From positions 133,643,661 through 133,707,660 of the forward strand of contig NC_068981.1 of NCBI RefSeq assembly GCF_001194135.2: DNA of 64,000 nucleotides, in the 5' to 3' direction. Below, in pieces: positions 1 to 11,601 of this stretch. Under the pieces are notes generated by a model, which did no database searches, had not been told where the DNA came from, and worked only from the letters and a program-made list of their open reading frames with translations. How positions within the stretch are numbered: position 1 is the first letter of the stretch; the number at the start of each line of letters is the position of its first letter. The translations under genes were made by a program, and so were the position numbers. The DNA is from Octopus bimaculoides. Taxonomy: Eukaryota.

Positions 1-38
1 TCATTGGCCGCGTTATATATATATATATATATATAGAT

Positions 39-129
<91 letters not shown>

Positions 130-564
130 NNNNNNNNNNNNNNNNNNNNNNNNNNNNNNNNNNNNNNNNNNNNNNNNNNNNNNNNNNNNNNNNNNNNNNN
201 NNNNNNNNNNNNNNNNNNNNNNNNNNNNNNNNNNNNNNNNNNNNNNNNNNNNNNNNNNNNNNNNNNNNNNNNNNNNNNNNNNNNNNNNNNNNNNNNNNNN
301 NNNNNNNNNNNNNNNNNNNNNNNNNNNNNNNNNNNNNNNNNNNNNNNNNNNNNNNNNNNNNNNNNNNNNNNNNNNNNNNNNNNNNNNNNNNNNNNNNNNN
401 NNNNNNNAGTTCGCCTGTTCTCAAGTTGTATAACAAGTGAATCAGTTAGTGCTACATTTACAAAGAAATTACCGTTTAGTATCACTGAAGCTCGTAAAAG
501 TATTATTCAAGTATGTTGGACTTACACTGACAAAGCATTTTTTTAAAATATTTCTGCTAAAACT

Positions 565-783
565 AGGACGGCGAGCTACTTGAATCGTCAGTATGCGGGG
601 CAAAATGCTTAGCGGCATTTCGTTTGTCTTTATGTTCTGATTTCAAATTCTTCTGAGATCGACTTAGCCTTTCATATAATCAGAGTTGATAAAATAAGTA
701 CCAGTTGAGCACTAGGGTCGATGTGATCGATTTACCCCTCCCCTGAAATTGCTGGCCCTGTGCCAAAATTTGAAACCAATATT
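565..783 (+). mobile_element. SINE family A (tRNA-headed), diverged full-length copy
   Basis: Matches the in-window consensus GGCGGCGAGCTGGCAGAA...GAGTTCAAATTCCGCCGAGGTCGAC (A/B-box-like head) and ends in CCTTGTGCC...GAAACCAATATT. About 16 related copies occur in this window. Confidence 0.8.
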
Positions 784-925
784 TCTACTAAAACTTCATT
801 TGTAATAACATAAACGTTGAGTTTAAGAGGCCCGTTAAGAATAGAAAAACTGTTACCTGTTTGAAGTGTGTAATATCTATATATGCGATATTATCCAGAA
901 TTGAACTGTTAGGCATTTTAAAATA

Positions 926-1310
926 TAGTAATACCTCGCAGTACGAGTTTAATTTGTTCCATGACCGAGCTCGTCTTACGATGTACTCGTTTCACAAATC
1001 AATTTTCCCCATTGAAATTAACTAAGATACAATTAATCCGTTCCAGCCCCGCCAAAACCACTCAAAATGATTTTTTATGGGTTTTAAAACAGAAAAGGTG
1101 TAGTTACAAGCAAAAGGACAATTATAAAAAAAAGAATACATAAGAAATATGTAAACTAGTATTATTAACTGAATTACCTTAAAGATCGGACGATTTGTGT
1201 GCTCGTACTGCGGATTTCCGCTTGTACCTCAAGAGAAAAATTCGCACGAATCTCGGCTCGTACAGCAAATTACTCGTACAATGGTGCACTCGTACTGCGA
1301 GATTCTACTG
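926..1310. mobile_element. Tigger/pogo-like MITE (Tc1/mariner superfamily)
   Basis: Left end TAGTAATACCTCGCAGTACGAGT (926-948). The right end (1288-1310) reverse-complements to CAGTAGAATCTCGCAGTACGAGT. TA lies on both sides (924-925, 1311-1312). No ORF. Confidence 0.8.
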
Positions 1311-1347
1311 TATTTCAATAGGAATCTCGATTTATGACGATAAAATT

Positions 1348-1563
1348 ATATTCTTTTCTACACTAGGCACAAGGCCCGACATTTTTGGAGAGTGGGCCAG
1401 TCGATTATATCGACCCAGTACGCAACTGGTACTTAATTTATCATCCGAAAGGATGAAAGGCAAAGTCGACCTCGGTGGAATTTGAACTCAGAGCATAAAG
1501 ACAGACGAAATACCGCTGAACATTTCGCCCGGCGTGCTAACGTTTCTGCCAGCTCGCCGCCTT
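1348..1563 (-). mobile_element. SINE family A, full-length, low divergence
   Basis: Reverse complement reads AAGGCGGCGAGCTGGCAGAAACGTTAGCACGCCGGGCGAAATG...GAGTTCAAATTCCACCGAGGTCGAC...AGAAAAGAATAT. Confidence 0.85.
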
Positions 1564-2203
1564 GACGATAAAATGATATTAGCTGTGAACAGGTGTTATA
1601 AGTGAATGTATTAATTTCTTTTCCCCAATACAAAGTTCATGAATATCATTAAACTAATAAGGTCTGACGTCTTCTATTTTCCAAATTGCTGTACAACTTT
1701 TATGTATTTATGTCTTAAAAGTCAGACATATTTTAGAAATGCACAAAACCTTTCGCAAATTTTGACAGTATTTTCCATTAAGAGAAAACCCATTCAACTT
1801 AGTATAATCTTAAGTAACTGAATCATTGGCTGTAAAATGATTTGCACTATTAATTATTGATTTCGAAGCAAATTATATAAGGAAAGTTTGTGTTGTTAAA
1901 AGGATTGCGTAACGAAGAGAATTGGATGTAGATAGCATTTTAGGTTTCTACTATGATTATTTATCAATTTTGAGGATAATTTATGTTTACAATTGATTTA
2001 TTAAAATATATGTTAAATTTGTTAAAATATGTCTAATAATCGGTAAACATGTTAAAATATGTTAAATGTGTTAAAATATATCCGGTGTTACAGAAATGTT
2101 TAGTAATAAACGGCAGAGCATCAGCATGGCCGCAGCTCTGAGCTGAAACTACAGCAGAAAAAACCATACTTATGTTCACATGAAGATTGAATGGCTCTTT
2201 ATA

Positions 2204-3031
2204 CAGGTTGTCCCAAAAGTCACTGATGGGTTTTAATTTTTAATAACTTCCTTAACGTTACAAATAAATACATGAAAGTTTGATTCAATATATAAGATAT
2301 AATGGAAATTAATATACATTAGTCAAATTTTGCAACACTACTATATTACATATGAAAAATGACATTGCTTAAATGGCAGTTATTTTCGGCTTCGCACACC
2401 CCTGCTCTTTCCAAAACTTGCACTATAACACCCTCAAGAGTTTCAGATCCCACTTCTCTGATTTCTCCTTCAGTTGTACCTGAGTCTCCGGTTTGCTGAC
2501 GTAAACCCTCTCTTGCAGGTATCCATGATTGAGACCTTTTTGCGCTCGGCCATTCAAAGTAGACCTCGCACATGGTTCCAGCAAGATGGGGCAACTGCTC
2601 ATACCGCAAGAGAAACAATGCAGTTGCTACAGCAGTGCCTTGGAGAGAGAACAATCTCCTGCTACGGCGATGTCAACTGGCCATCACGTTCCCCAGACTT
2701 GACTAACCCGGATTTTTTCTTGTGGAGACACCTGAAAGAGAGGGTTTACGTCAACAAACCGGAGGCCCTGGTGAAACTGAAGGAGAAAATCAATAGAGAA
2801 ATCAGAGAAATGAGGTCTGAAACGCTTTAGGGTGTTATGGTGTAAGTTTTGGAAAGAGCCATTTAAGCGATATCATTTTTCATATGTGATGCAGCGGTGT
2901 TGCAAAATTTGACTTGTTCATATTAATTTCCATTGTGTTCTTTATATGGTATCAAAATTTCATGCATTTATTTGTAAAGTTAAGGAAGTTATTAAGAATT
3001 GAAATCCATCAGGGACTTTTGAGACACGCTG
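2204..3031 (+). mobile_element. Internally deleted DD41D (rosa/Visitor-type) Tc1/mariner element with ~320-bp inverted arms
   Basis: ORF 2474-2830 has WFQQDGATAHTA...WPSRSPDLTNPDFFLW with 41 residues between the second and third catalytic Asp. 2204-~2522 is a diverged reverse complement of ~2715-3031. TA at 2202-2203. Confidence 0.85.
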
Positions 3032-3891
3032 TGCAAAAGAATTTTACGTTTTCCCGTATCTGGGAATTAAAATTATTATGTATGCCATTAATCACAACCG
3101 TAAAACCACTTTTAAAGTTTAAGCTAAGAGGCCGCTTTATTGAAGAAATATGCCCAAATGAAATACTGGGTAACCGCGTACTGACGTTTGTCACTAAATT
3201 ATTTATATTGGGAAGCGTGCAGTTCGAAGATATATATATATACTATAACTTTGCATTTGGCTTTTTAAATTGGAAGAATATCTTTCTTTCGAGAGTTAAC
3301 TCATAAAGTTAACCAAATACTGAAATGCATGAAAGTACATTTCAGATGGTTCAGTTGATTTCGAGTGAAAAAAAAATTGAAACTATGCATTCTTCTGTGC
3401 GAGAAATATTTAGCATCATTTCAGAAGGAACTTCCAGCCAAATAGTGTTTGTGCTATGTGTTTATTTACTTATTTATTTATTTTATAGTATAAATTCTTT
3501 TGGATTTTTTCTCTCTTTGTTTTCCGAGATTAGATGAATACGTCAAGTGGTAGTTAAAACTGGTTGATATTATTGATTTATGATTTACTGATAATTATTT
3601 ATTGGTTAATGATTTAGTTATGAAATCGGTATCTCGGTATCTTATAGGTGAAAACACGAGTAATCAACTTCAATGTAATCAACTCACCTTGGCAGGTGAA
3701 ACAACAACCACAAGTAAAAATTACATTTACAATATACTTCTACAATCATTATATCGTATCAACAAATTTCGTATAAATTTATTCAATAATTACATTTCTA
3801 TGATTTTTATGCAGGACTAGCTTCATTTCATCACTAGTGAGTTTATAAAATTTTATAATTTACATTTATTATATACGCTTAAGAATATACA

Positions 3892-3976
3892 GAGTATTAG
3901 TATTACGTATAGTAATGTGACCCATCATCTTTTCATCAAGATGATGGCCCCATTACTATACGTAATATAAATACTC
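3892..3976. repeat. 85-nt near-perfect inverted repeat (hairpin)
   Basis: Paired segments GAGTATT/AATACTC (7 bp), TATTACGTATAGTAATG/CATTACTATACGTAATA (17 bp) and CCATCATCTT/AAGATGATGG (10 bp), with a 6-nt loop TTCATC. Confidence 0.9.
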
Positions 3977-4089
3977 AGCATTTAGATAGATTTTAATTAT
4001 TTGAAGATTTACACCTCATGATTATCGTTGATACAAATTTGGGTATAGTTTATTTTTTTAAGTTTCTTAAAGACTTATAGTGCGTCCTC

Positions 4090-4700
4090 AGTATAAATCT
4101 CTATATTCTAATAGGAGTAACTAATTTACATGGGGTGGGCACTACAGGACTTTAAGAGTTCAGGTGTTGACTACAGAAATTTATTCTGTGTAAATCTGTA
4201 TCAACAATAATCATTAAGTGTAAATTTCCAAAATAACTCAGCTGAAATAATGAGACCGTTATTTCGATAAACACCATACTGTATATGATTAAACTCATAT
4301 GATAATGATAAATTATAAAGTCTAATACGATCACAAATTTCCACAGAGTCTGGGAGCCCCACAGCTATATCAAAAGAATTGGCATCGTTCTTCTTTTTCC
4401 ATAGATCATTATCGTAAGAAAGCAAACATCTTGCATGAACGATTCTTTTATATCAGAATCACTGTCCAAAATATAATTCTTGGTGAAGATTAATACATTT
4501 GGACCGAAGAATTAGGTATCGAAGGATAAAATTCAATGATGATAAACATGCTTATAACTAACACTACTGAACCAATGGATTACAGAAGTACTGTCATTAT
4601 AATCGGTTGTTTGGATAATTATTCGTTTGGATGAATGTGTTTAAGATAACTTTACTCACTATATTTTAATTCATATGATGAATTATAATATTCTATAGTG
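4090..4700 (-). pseudogene. Decayed Penelope-like element reverse transcriptase (YRDDGL-type)
   Basis: Frameshifted minus-strand peptides IVSKVILN, STSVIHWF, EFYPSI and IVHARCLLSYDNDLWKKK-NDANSFDIAVGLPDSVEICDRIRLY...GVYRNNGLII follow the order of the PLE motifs VIxWF, FYPSI, HARKSLLF..WxKK, FDVTMGSxDGAEICELVGLY and GLYRDDGL. Confidence 0.7.
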
Positions 4701-6032
4701 AGTCTTTTAACTTAATTAGAAGAATGCGACCCAAATGAACGACCGCCAGATTTCAACAGAATTTTTAACAATTCAAAGAACATTTTTGTATACTAAGATA
4801 AAAAATTAAATTTTTTATGAAATCAGCAACATTGTTCATAATTAAAAATTATATTACTAATATTGATTAAAAAAATTATAAGTAAATCTAATTTCATTAA
4901 TTTTATTACTCATGATACTAAATCCAATTTCATTAAGTTAATAATTAGCGAGTTAAAAATAATTGACAGGGTTGAGTGTTTTGGTTGAATATACGCTAAT
5001 CATTCGTAAAGTTCAAACATTCATACTTGCTGTCTATTTCTAACTCGGTAGTTATTTACTTGGCTTCTAAATGAATTAAATTACATATAATGTTATTAAT
5101 CATTTTATAAGAACAAGTAAATAATATTAAATAAAACCCTGCTATATGTATCACTGCTAATCTCATTAAAAATTACGTTTTGCCCAAATGGACATAAATG
5201 TTCTTCGAAAGTTGAAACGTTTTAATTAGTCTTTAAATAAATTCTGTTGAAATCTGTTGGACGTTTTTTTTTTTTAATCTCAAGTTGAAAAGACCTAATT
5301 CGAATGTTTCCAACAGCTTGTTTTTATGTGAATATTTTTAGGTCTTAAAGCTAAACATTTTTATGCAGTAACATATCAGGGTCATCTTTACAGCCAAGAA
5401 ATGCCTTCTGAAAAATACCTCTCTCCAACTACCTGAAAATTTGATATTTGGTAAATATTTTTTCCTTTTGACATTTTCATTGCTAATCAATTTGCATGCA
5501 GAGTTGTTGCAATATATCTATCTCTTCTTTTGTCCTCCACCCATCCATCCGTTTCTTTTAGATTTTTTTCTTTGTTTTTCGATCCTGGATAGTCAGCTTG
5601 TTTATGCCGTACGGGCCGATTGCTGCTTGGTCTTTCTGCAGTCGGGGTATTTGTTTCTACGTAGCCTAATGCTACTCCTACTAACTCTAAATTTCCTAAG
5701 ATATTTACATAAGTTTTTCATTAGATTCTATCATCTTAACTTTAAATTTTACAGTTAAGCAATACAGCTCACTTTTTCCATACATTCTTTTATTAAAAAG
5801 CCTTATTTGAATTTTTTTCACTGCTATCATAACTGACAGGGTATCACGTTTCAAACAGAGGTATTTTAAATTAAATAATCACTTTTAAACGCCAAAGTGT
5901 ACAACCACTCACCACCAACGTGTTGAGAGAATTAACAAATGTCAGGGATGAGTTCGCTACGCATAAATTTTCATAACTGCAGGCAGTGAAGTGGAAACCA
6001 TAGTAATTAAAATGTCAGTACTACTACTCTCA

Positions 6033-6166
6033 ATATTATTTTCTACTCTAGGCACAAGGCCCGAAATTTTGGGGGAGGGGACCAGTATGCAACTGGTGCT
6101 TAATTTATCGACCCCGAAAGGATGAAAGGCAAAGTCGACCTCGGCGGAATTTGAACTCAGAACGTA
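6033..6166 (-). mobile_element. SINE family A, 5'-truncated with internal deletion
   Basis: Contains GAAAGGATGAAAGGCAAAGTCGACCTCGGCGGAATTTGAACTCAG and the GGCACAAGGCCCG tail. Confidence 0.8.
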
Positions 6167-6612
6167 CACAAGCACATAACACCTGAACACAGACAATATA
6201 CACACACATACGATGGATTATATTGTTGAGATTTTACTGTTTTGATCGGAGACTATTTGCAGTCGCGGGGATAGAAGATGAACCGCCAAAAATTTAGCCG
6301 TAATATAAAAACACTCCGATTCAAACATTTGGTATATATAAATACCTCGACGATTGTGTGTGTATGACGAGAATTTGTAAGTAGTTGTATTTACTATATA
6401 TAAATACAGAAGTAAATAATTTATCAGTGACAGTTGTAGCTTTTAGTTTGAGATAGATGTCATTTTTATTAATTGAAACGAGTGATTCGTAGATATTTTC
6501 GCACACACCCACTTGTAATAAACAACCAGATTTATGTGTATCTATGTTCCACGTGCTTTTACGATGATCTCGTAACTCTGGATAAATTATGAATATAACA
6601 TTTTCCAAATTG

Positions 6613-6614
<2 letters not shown>

Positions 6615-6658
<44 letters not shown>
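6615..6658. repeat. (AAT)n microsatellite
   Basis: Direct reading of the sequence. Confidence 0.95.
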
Positions 6659-8969
6659 GAGTACTCAGAGAGCGCAAACCTCCGCCAAGGCAACACCAAC
6701 GTCCTCTCAACGATTAGCCAGAGATGATTTTTAAAATAGCTGAAATAAACACGACTGCTCTCATGAACGAGAATACTAAAAATGAACCCGACCACTCTTA
6801 AATATTAAGTAACAAAACGGGGAAAATAATTCAGAATCTTTGTCCGGTACCGGATCGATCAAAAACTCTAATCTGTGCGTGCTATTGGTGAATTGCTGTT
6901 GTTTGATTGTTTTTGTGAAGCTTTTGTGCTGCTTTGCAGTGGTATTTGAGGGTCGTGCTTTTTCTCCGTGTTGAGGGGAATTAGATGGACCAAATGGCGA
7001 AAAAAATGTTCTATTCTGACCTGAGTGGGTCAGAATTGTCATCCTCGGAAGATGAACTGGCAAGGGCTCTCTACAAAATGGATGAAGTTTTGAAGGAGAA
7101 GAAGAGCTTTGCAGAAATAGCAGAGGTTAAATCATGTGAGGTGGACCTCACGAAAATGTTGAAATATCAGAAAATGGCAACGAAAGTGGGTGGAGAAGTG
7201 AAACTGTCGCCACCGCAGAAAATAATGGAAAGAATGGAAAGAAGAACGATAACGTATAAAGTAATTGCAGCAGAAAAAAATAAAGTGGAAATTATGGAAA
7301 TCGAAACGATAGAAAAGGCGCTGAGGATAGTAACGAAAGATGTAATATTCCTTTCACGGGGTAATAAATTCGGTACAATAGTTGTACAGTTCAAGTCGGA
7401 AGACGCAGCAAAAAGGGTGGCTATAAAAACGGTGAAAACTGAGAATGTAGTCCTTCTACCCATGTATCTTGGAAGCAGGACATCCAGGGTCAGAGTAGAA
7501 GGAATACCACCGGATATGGAAGCGGCTTGGGTGGAGGCGGCTGTACTCCTCGGAAGCGAGGAAAAGGTGTCCGTTATCCAGGCCACATCAACTGAAGACG
7601 GGACGTGGAAGGGGAAAACATTGCAGATGAACATCCAAAGTGAGAAAGAAACGCTAGAAAAATTGACAGAGACGATAACCATAGGCGATATAAGTCTGAG
7701 AGTGTGGGTGGAGGGCAGAATCCCTCGCTGTTATAAATGTGACCTGAAGGGCCACATTAGAGCGAATTACCCTCCACCGAACAAAGAAGCAGAAGAGCGG
7801 AATACACAGGAGATACTAAAAAACTAACAAGAAAAAATAGAGAGCACAGAAGAGTCAATACCGGCGGAAGAAGAAAACGAAGAAACGGAGTGGAAGGCAA
7901 GTAAAAGTTCAAAAAGAAAAAGGAAGAATGTAGGCTNNNNNNNNNNNNNNNNNNNNNNNNNNNNNNNNNNNNNNNNNNNNNNNNNNNNNNNNNNNNNNNN
8001 NNNNNNNNNNNNNNNNNNNNNNNNNNNNNNNNNNNNNNNNNNNNNNNNNNNNNNNNNNNNNNNNNNNNNNNNNNNNNNNNNNNNNNNNNNNNNNNNNNNN
8101 NNNNNNNNNNNNNNNNNNNNNNNNNNNNNNNNNNNNNNNNNNNNNNNNNNNNNNNNNNNNNNNNNNNNNNNNNNNNNNNNNNNNNNNNNNNNNNNNNNNN
8201 NNNNNNNNNNNNNNNNNNNNNNNNNNNNNNNNNNNNNNNNNNNNNNNNNNNNNNNNNNNNNNNNNNNNNNNNNNNNNNNNNNNNNNNNNNNNNNNNNNNN
8301 NNNNNNNNNNNNNNNNNNNNNNNNNNNNNNNNNNNNNNNNNNNNNNNNNNNNNNNNNNNNNNNNNNNNNNNNNNNNNNNNNNNNNNNNNNNNNNNNNNNN
8401 NNNNNNNNNNNNNNNNNNNNNNNNNNNNNNNNNNNNNNNNNNNNNNNNNNNNNNNNNNNNNNNNNNNNNNNNNNNNNNNNNNNNNNNNNNNNNNNNNNNN
8501 NNNNNNNNNNNNNNNNNNNNNNNNNNNNNNNNNNNNNNNNNNNNNNNNNNNNNNNNNNNNNNNNNNNNNNNNNNNNNNNNNNNNNNNNNNNNNNNNNNNN
8601 NNNNNNNNNNNNNNNNNNNNNNNNNNNNNNNNNNNNNNNNNNNNNNNNNNNNNNNNNNNNNNNNNNNNNNNNNNNNNNNNNNNNNNNNNNNNNNNNNNNN
8701 NNNNNNNNNNNNNNNNNNNNNNNNNNNNNNNNNNNNNNNNNNNNNNNNNNNNNNNNNNNNNNNNNNNNNNNNNNNNNNNNNNNNNNNNNNNNNNNNNNNN
8801 NNNNNNNNNNNNNNNNNNNNNNNNNNNNNNNNNNNNNNNNNNNNNNNNNNNNNNNNNNNNNNNNNNNNNNNNNNNNNNNNNNNNNNNNNNNNNNNNNNNN
8901 NNNNNNNNNNNNNNNNNNNCAAACAAACAAACACGACTAAATACAATACTTGCTTTCGCTAAGGCAGAG

Positions 8970-8973
<4 letters not shown>
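6659..8973 (-). mobile_element. Helentron/DINE-1-like non-autonomous element, interrupted by a LINE and an N gap
   Basis: 3' end on the minus strand: subterminal ACCTCCGCC (6678-6686) plus small hairpin GCGCTCTCTGAGTAC next to (AAT)n. 5' end after the gap: GGCAGAGGTAA (8963-8973), an inverted match to ACCTCCGCC, next to a (GTTT)n stretch. This architecture is typical of Helentron-derived interspersed elements. Confidence 0.55.
6985..7827 (+). CDS. ORF1 (Gag-like) of a Tx1/L1-clade non-LTR retrotransposon, probably pseudogenised
   Basis: 280-aa non-repetitive ORF with RRM-like segments (GTIVVQFKSED, RVRVEGIPPD) and a CCHC knuckle WVEGRIPRCYKCDLKGHIRANY (last Cys changed to Tyr). A charged tail continues in a shifted frame (7828-7936) into the gap. 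Preceded by a ~95-bp T/G-rich leader. Confidence 0.75.
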   Translation: MDQMAKKMFYSDLSGSELSSSEDELARALYKMDEVLKEKKSFAEIAEVKSCEVDLTKMLKYQKMATKVGGEVKLSPPQKIMERMERRTITYKVIAAEKNKVEIMEIETIEKALRIVTKDVIFLSRGNKFGTIVVQFKSEDAAKRVAIKTVKTENVVLLPMYLGSRTSRVRVEGIPPDMEAAWVEAAVLLGSEEKVSVIQATSTEDGTWKGKTLQMNIQSEKETLEKLTETITIGDISLRVWVEGRIPRCYKCDLKGHIRANYPPPNKEAEERNTQEILKN

Positions 8974-9001
<28 letters not shown>

Positions 9002-9062
9002 AAGAAGAAGAAGAAGAAGAAGAAGAAGAAGAAGAAGAAGAAGAAGAAGAAGAAGAAGAAGA
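8972..9062. repeat. (AAG)n microsatellite
   Basis: Direct reading; followed by short (ATG)n and (ACT)n runs. Confidence 0.95.
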
Positions 9063-9269
9063 ATGATGATGATGGTAATCAATGTTATAATTATTATTAT
9101 TACTTCCTCAACTACTACTACTACTACTACTACTATAACAACAGCAAATAAATTATGGAGGTTAGAAAAGGGGAAAATTGCCCATAATAATAGTTACCAT
9201 AGGAAAGTTAAAAGGAAGTAATGCAGACCAAACACATAAAAAGAACTAAGGCTACAAACATGGAAAGTA

Positions 9270-9548
9270 CTTGGCCTTAGCGGAATTTGAGCTAAGAACG
9301 TAAAGAGCTGGAAAAAATGTCGCTAGGCCTTTTTCCGAGGCTCTAGTGATTCTATTAGAGCAATTTCGGGACGGGGCATAAGTCGATTGCATTGACCCTA
9401 GTGATCAACTGGTACTTATTTTATCGACCCCGATAGCAAGAAATGCAAAGCCGACGTCGGCGGAATTTGAACTCAGAACATAAAGACGGTTGAAATACCA
9501 CTAAGCATTTTGTCCAGCGTGCTAACGATTCCGTCGGCTCGCAGCCTT
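9270..9548 (-). mobile_element. SINE family A, two adjacent diverged copies (partial 9270-9350, near-full 9361-9548)
   Basis: GCGGAATTTGA(A/G)CT motif occurs twice; family A head at 9500-9548. Confidence 0.7.
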
Positions 9549-10328
9549 TATATAATTGTTTCTAATATGGTAATTTAGTTTCCTTTTACTGTTAGCTGTT
9601 CATGCATAGAGCTGACAGAGAGTGACAAATGACAAGTATACTGAATGGAAGCGTTCAATTAGAAGCACTAAACAAGAAACTATGAAGCCTGATTTTTATA
9701 TTCGTTTTACTTAACGTTCTCTTCAAGTTGTAATTTTGTTTCCTTTAAAATATTGGCTTCTTTCCACCAGTTATAAAGTCACATTTTAAGAGATGATCTA
9801 TTGACGTAGGGGATTTCATTTTTTTTCCAATACGTAATTGAAATGATATAGCTACAACCATTCTGTATATCAAGGACAAAGTCAACTTTTTGTAGATGTA
9901 AAGTTATCCTAGACTGAAACTGTCTAAAAACATTATCGACACTGGACTGAGAAAACGAAGCATTGTGCAAAAATAAAATACAGTTGGATTTTAATATTAT
10001 CCTTTCACAACGTAATTTGTCTTTAAGAATTACATGTCATTAAGGGAAAAGGGTTAATTGACAGATTAATTAGAATGAGATGTGTTAAGAGGGAATTGAG
10101 ACTTGGTAGAAAGTCTAATACAGAATTCTAACGTGAAAGACCTCATTTGTTACAAAAGAAAACTTCTTGAAATAATTAAGGCATCAGCTGGTGTGAGATA
10201 ATATTTCAGTTAATTAATGTTAAGACATTGACGGAAGCGCTTTAACTTGAATATTTCGATAACATGGTGCCTTTAGATGTAATACAGTTAATTTATCGAA
10301 GACATATAATGATCTGAGTGGATGTAAC

Positions 10329-10525
10329 ACTGGTTTCAAATTTTGGCACAAGGCCAACAATTTCGGGGAAAGGAATAAGTCGATTACATGGACCCTAGAT
10401 ATCAACTGGTGCTTATTTCATTTACTACGAAAGAATGAAAGGCAAAGTCGATCTTGGGGGGAATTTGAACTCAGAACATAAAGAAGAACGACATGCCACT
10501 AAGCATTTTCCCCAGCTCGCTGCCT
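10329..10525 (-). mobile_element. SINE family A, diverged copy
   Basis: GGCACAAGGCC tail, GAAAGGCAAAGTCGA and GGAATTTGAACTCAGAAC motifs. Confidence 0.75.
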
Positions 10526-10992
10526 TGAGAGGATGTAATATGAAAAGAGATAAAATATTTCAGTGGATTATATATAGAAATGGAAGATCATATCTCACTA
10601 AGCCTAAGAGTGAGACATATTATAGTTATAGTATCCCTTGTGCTTAGATGGTGTCATATACATGTAAACCTACATATACAATACATGTACAAGCATGTCA
10701 GATTCACATATTTCTCTGTAAATTTAATTGAATTTGAATCCTTATTGAAGTTTCAACAGAAGTTCCTGCATCACTTGACCATTCCCATTGAATCCATTTA
10801 CATACACATCAAAACTTGTAACTTAAACAAAACTAAAGCTACTAATTTGCGTACTATGATCATTTAATGCTTTAAAACCAGGGTCCTACCAACAAGGAAC
10901 CCAATCCGCACAGTATGAAGGTATAATATCTTTTATTTCTTATCATTTGACTGCAGTCATGAATATATGTATATATAAAATAAGCTAAACTT

Positions 10993-11071
<79 letters not shown>

Positions 11072-11601
11072 NNNNNNNNNNNNNNNNNNNNNNNNNNNNN
11101 NNNNNNNNNNNNNNNNNNNNNNNNNNNNNNNNNNNNNNNNNNNNNNNNNNNNNNNNNNNNNNNNNNNNNNNNNNNNNNNNNNNNNNNNNNNNNNNNNNNN
11201 NNNNNNNNNNNNNNNNNNNNNNNNNNNNNNNNNNNNNNNNNNNNNNNNNNNNNNNNNNNNNNNNNNNNNNNNNNNNNNNNNNNNNNNNNNNNNNNNNNNN
11301 NNNNNNNNNNNNNNNNNNNNNNNNNNNNNNNNNNNNNNNNNNNNNNNNNNNNNNNNNNNNNNNNNNNNNNNNNNNNNNNNNNNNNNNNNNNNNNNNNNNN
11401 NNNNNNNNNNNNNNNNNNNNNNNNNNNNNNNNNNNNNNNNNNNNNNNNNNNNNNNNNNNNNNNNNNNNNNNNNNNNNNNNNNNNNNNNNNNNNNNNNNNN
11501 NNNNNNNNNNNNNNNNNNNNNNNNNNNNNNNNNNNNNNNNNNNNNNNNNNNNNNNNNNNNNNNNNNNNNNNNNNNNNNNNNNNNNNNNNNNNNNNNNNNN
11601 N

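Noticed and set aside
565-660. tRNA genes at SINE heads
   Set aside because: A/B-box-like motifs run directly into SINE bodies, and no cloverleaf with an anticodon arm can be drawn.
7167-7682. 171-aa minus-strand ORF
   Set aside because: Antisense shadow of the LINE ORF1; no independent motif.
7757-9082. Long ORFs spanning N gaps (also 11.0, 15.4, 16.7, 21.5, 25.0, 28.3, 45.7, 47.3 and 59.6 kb)
   Set aside because: They are open only because N codons contain no stops; the real parts are microsatellite translations.
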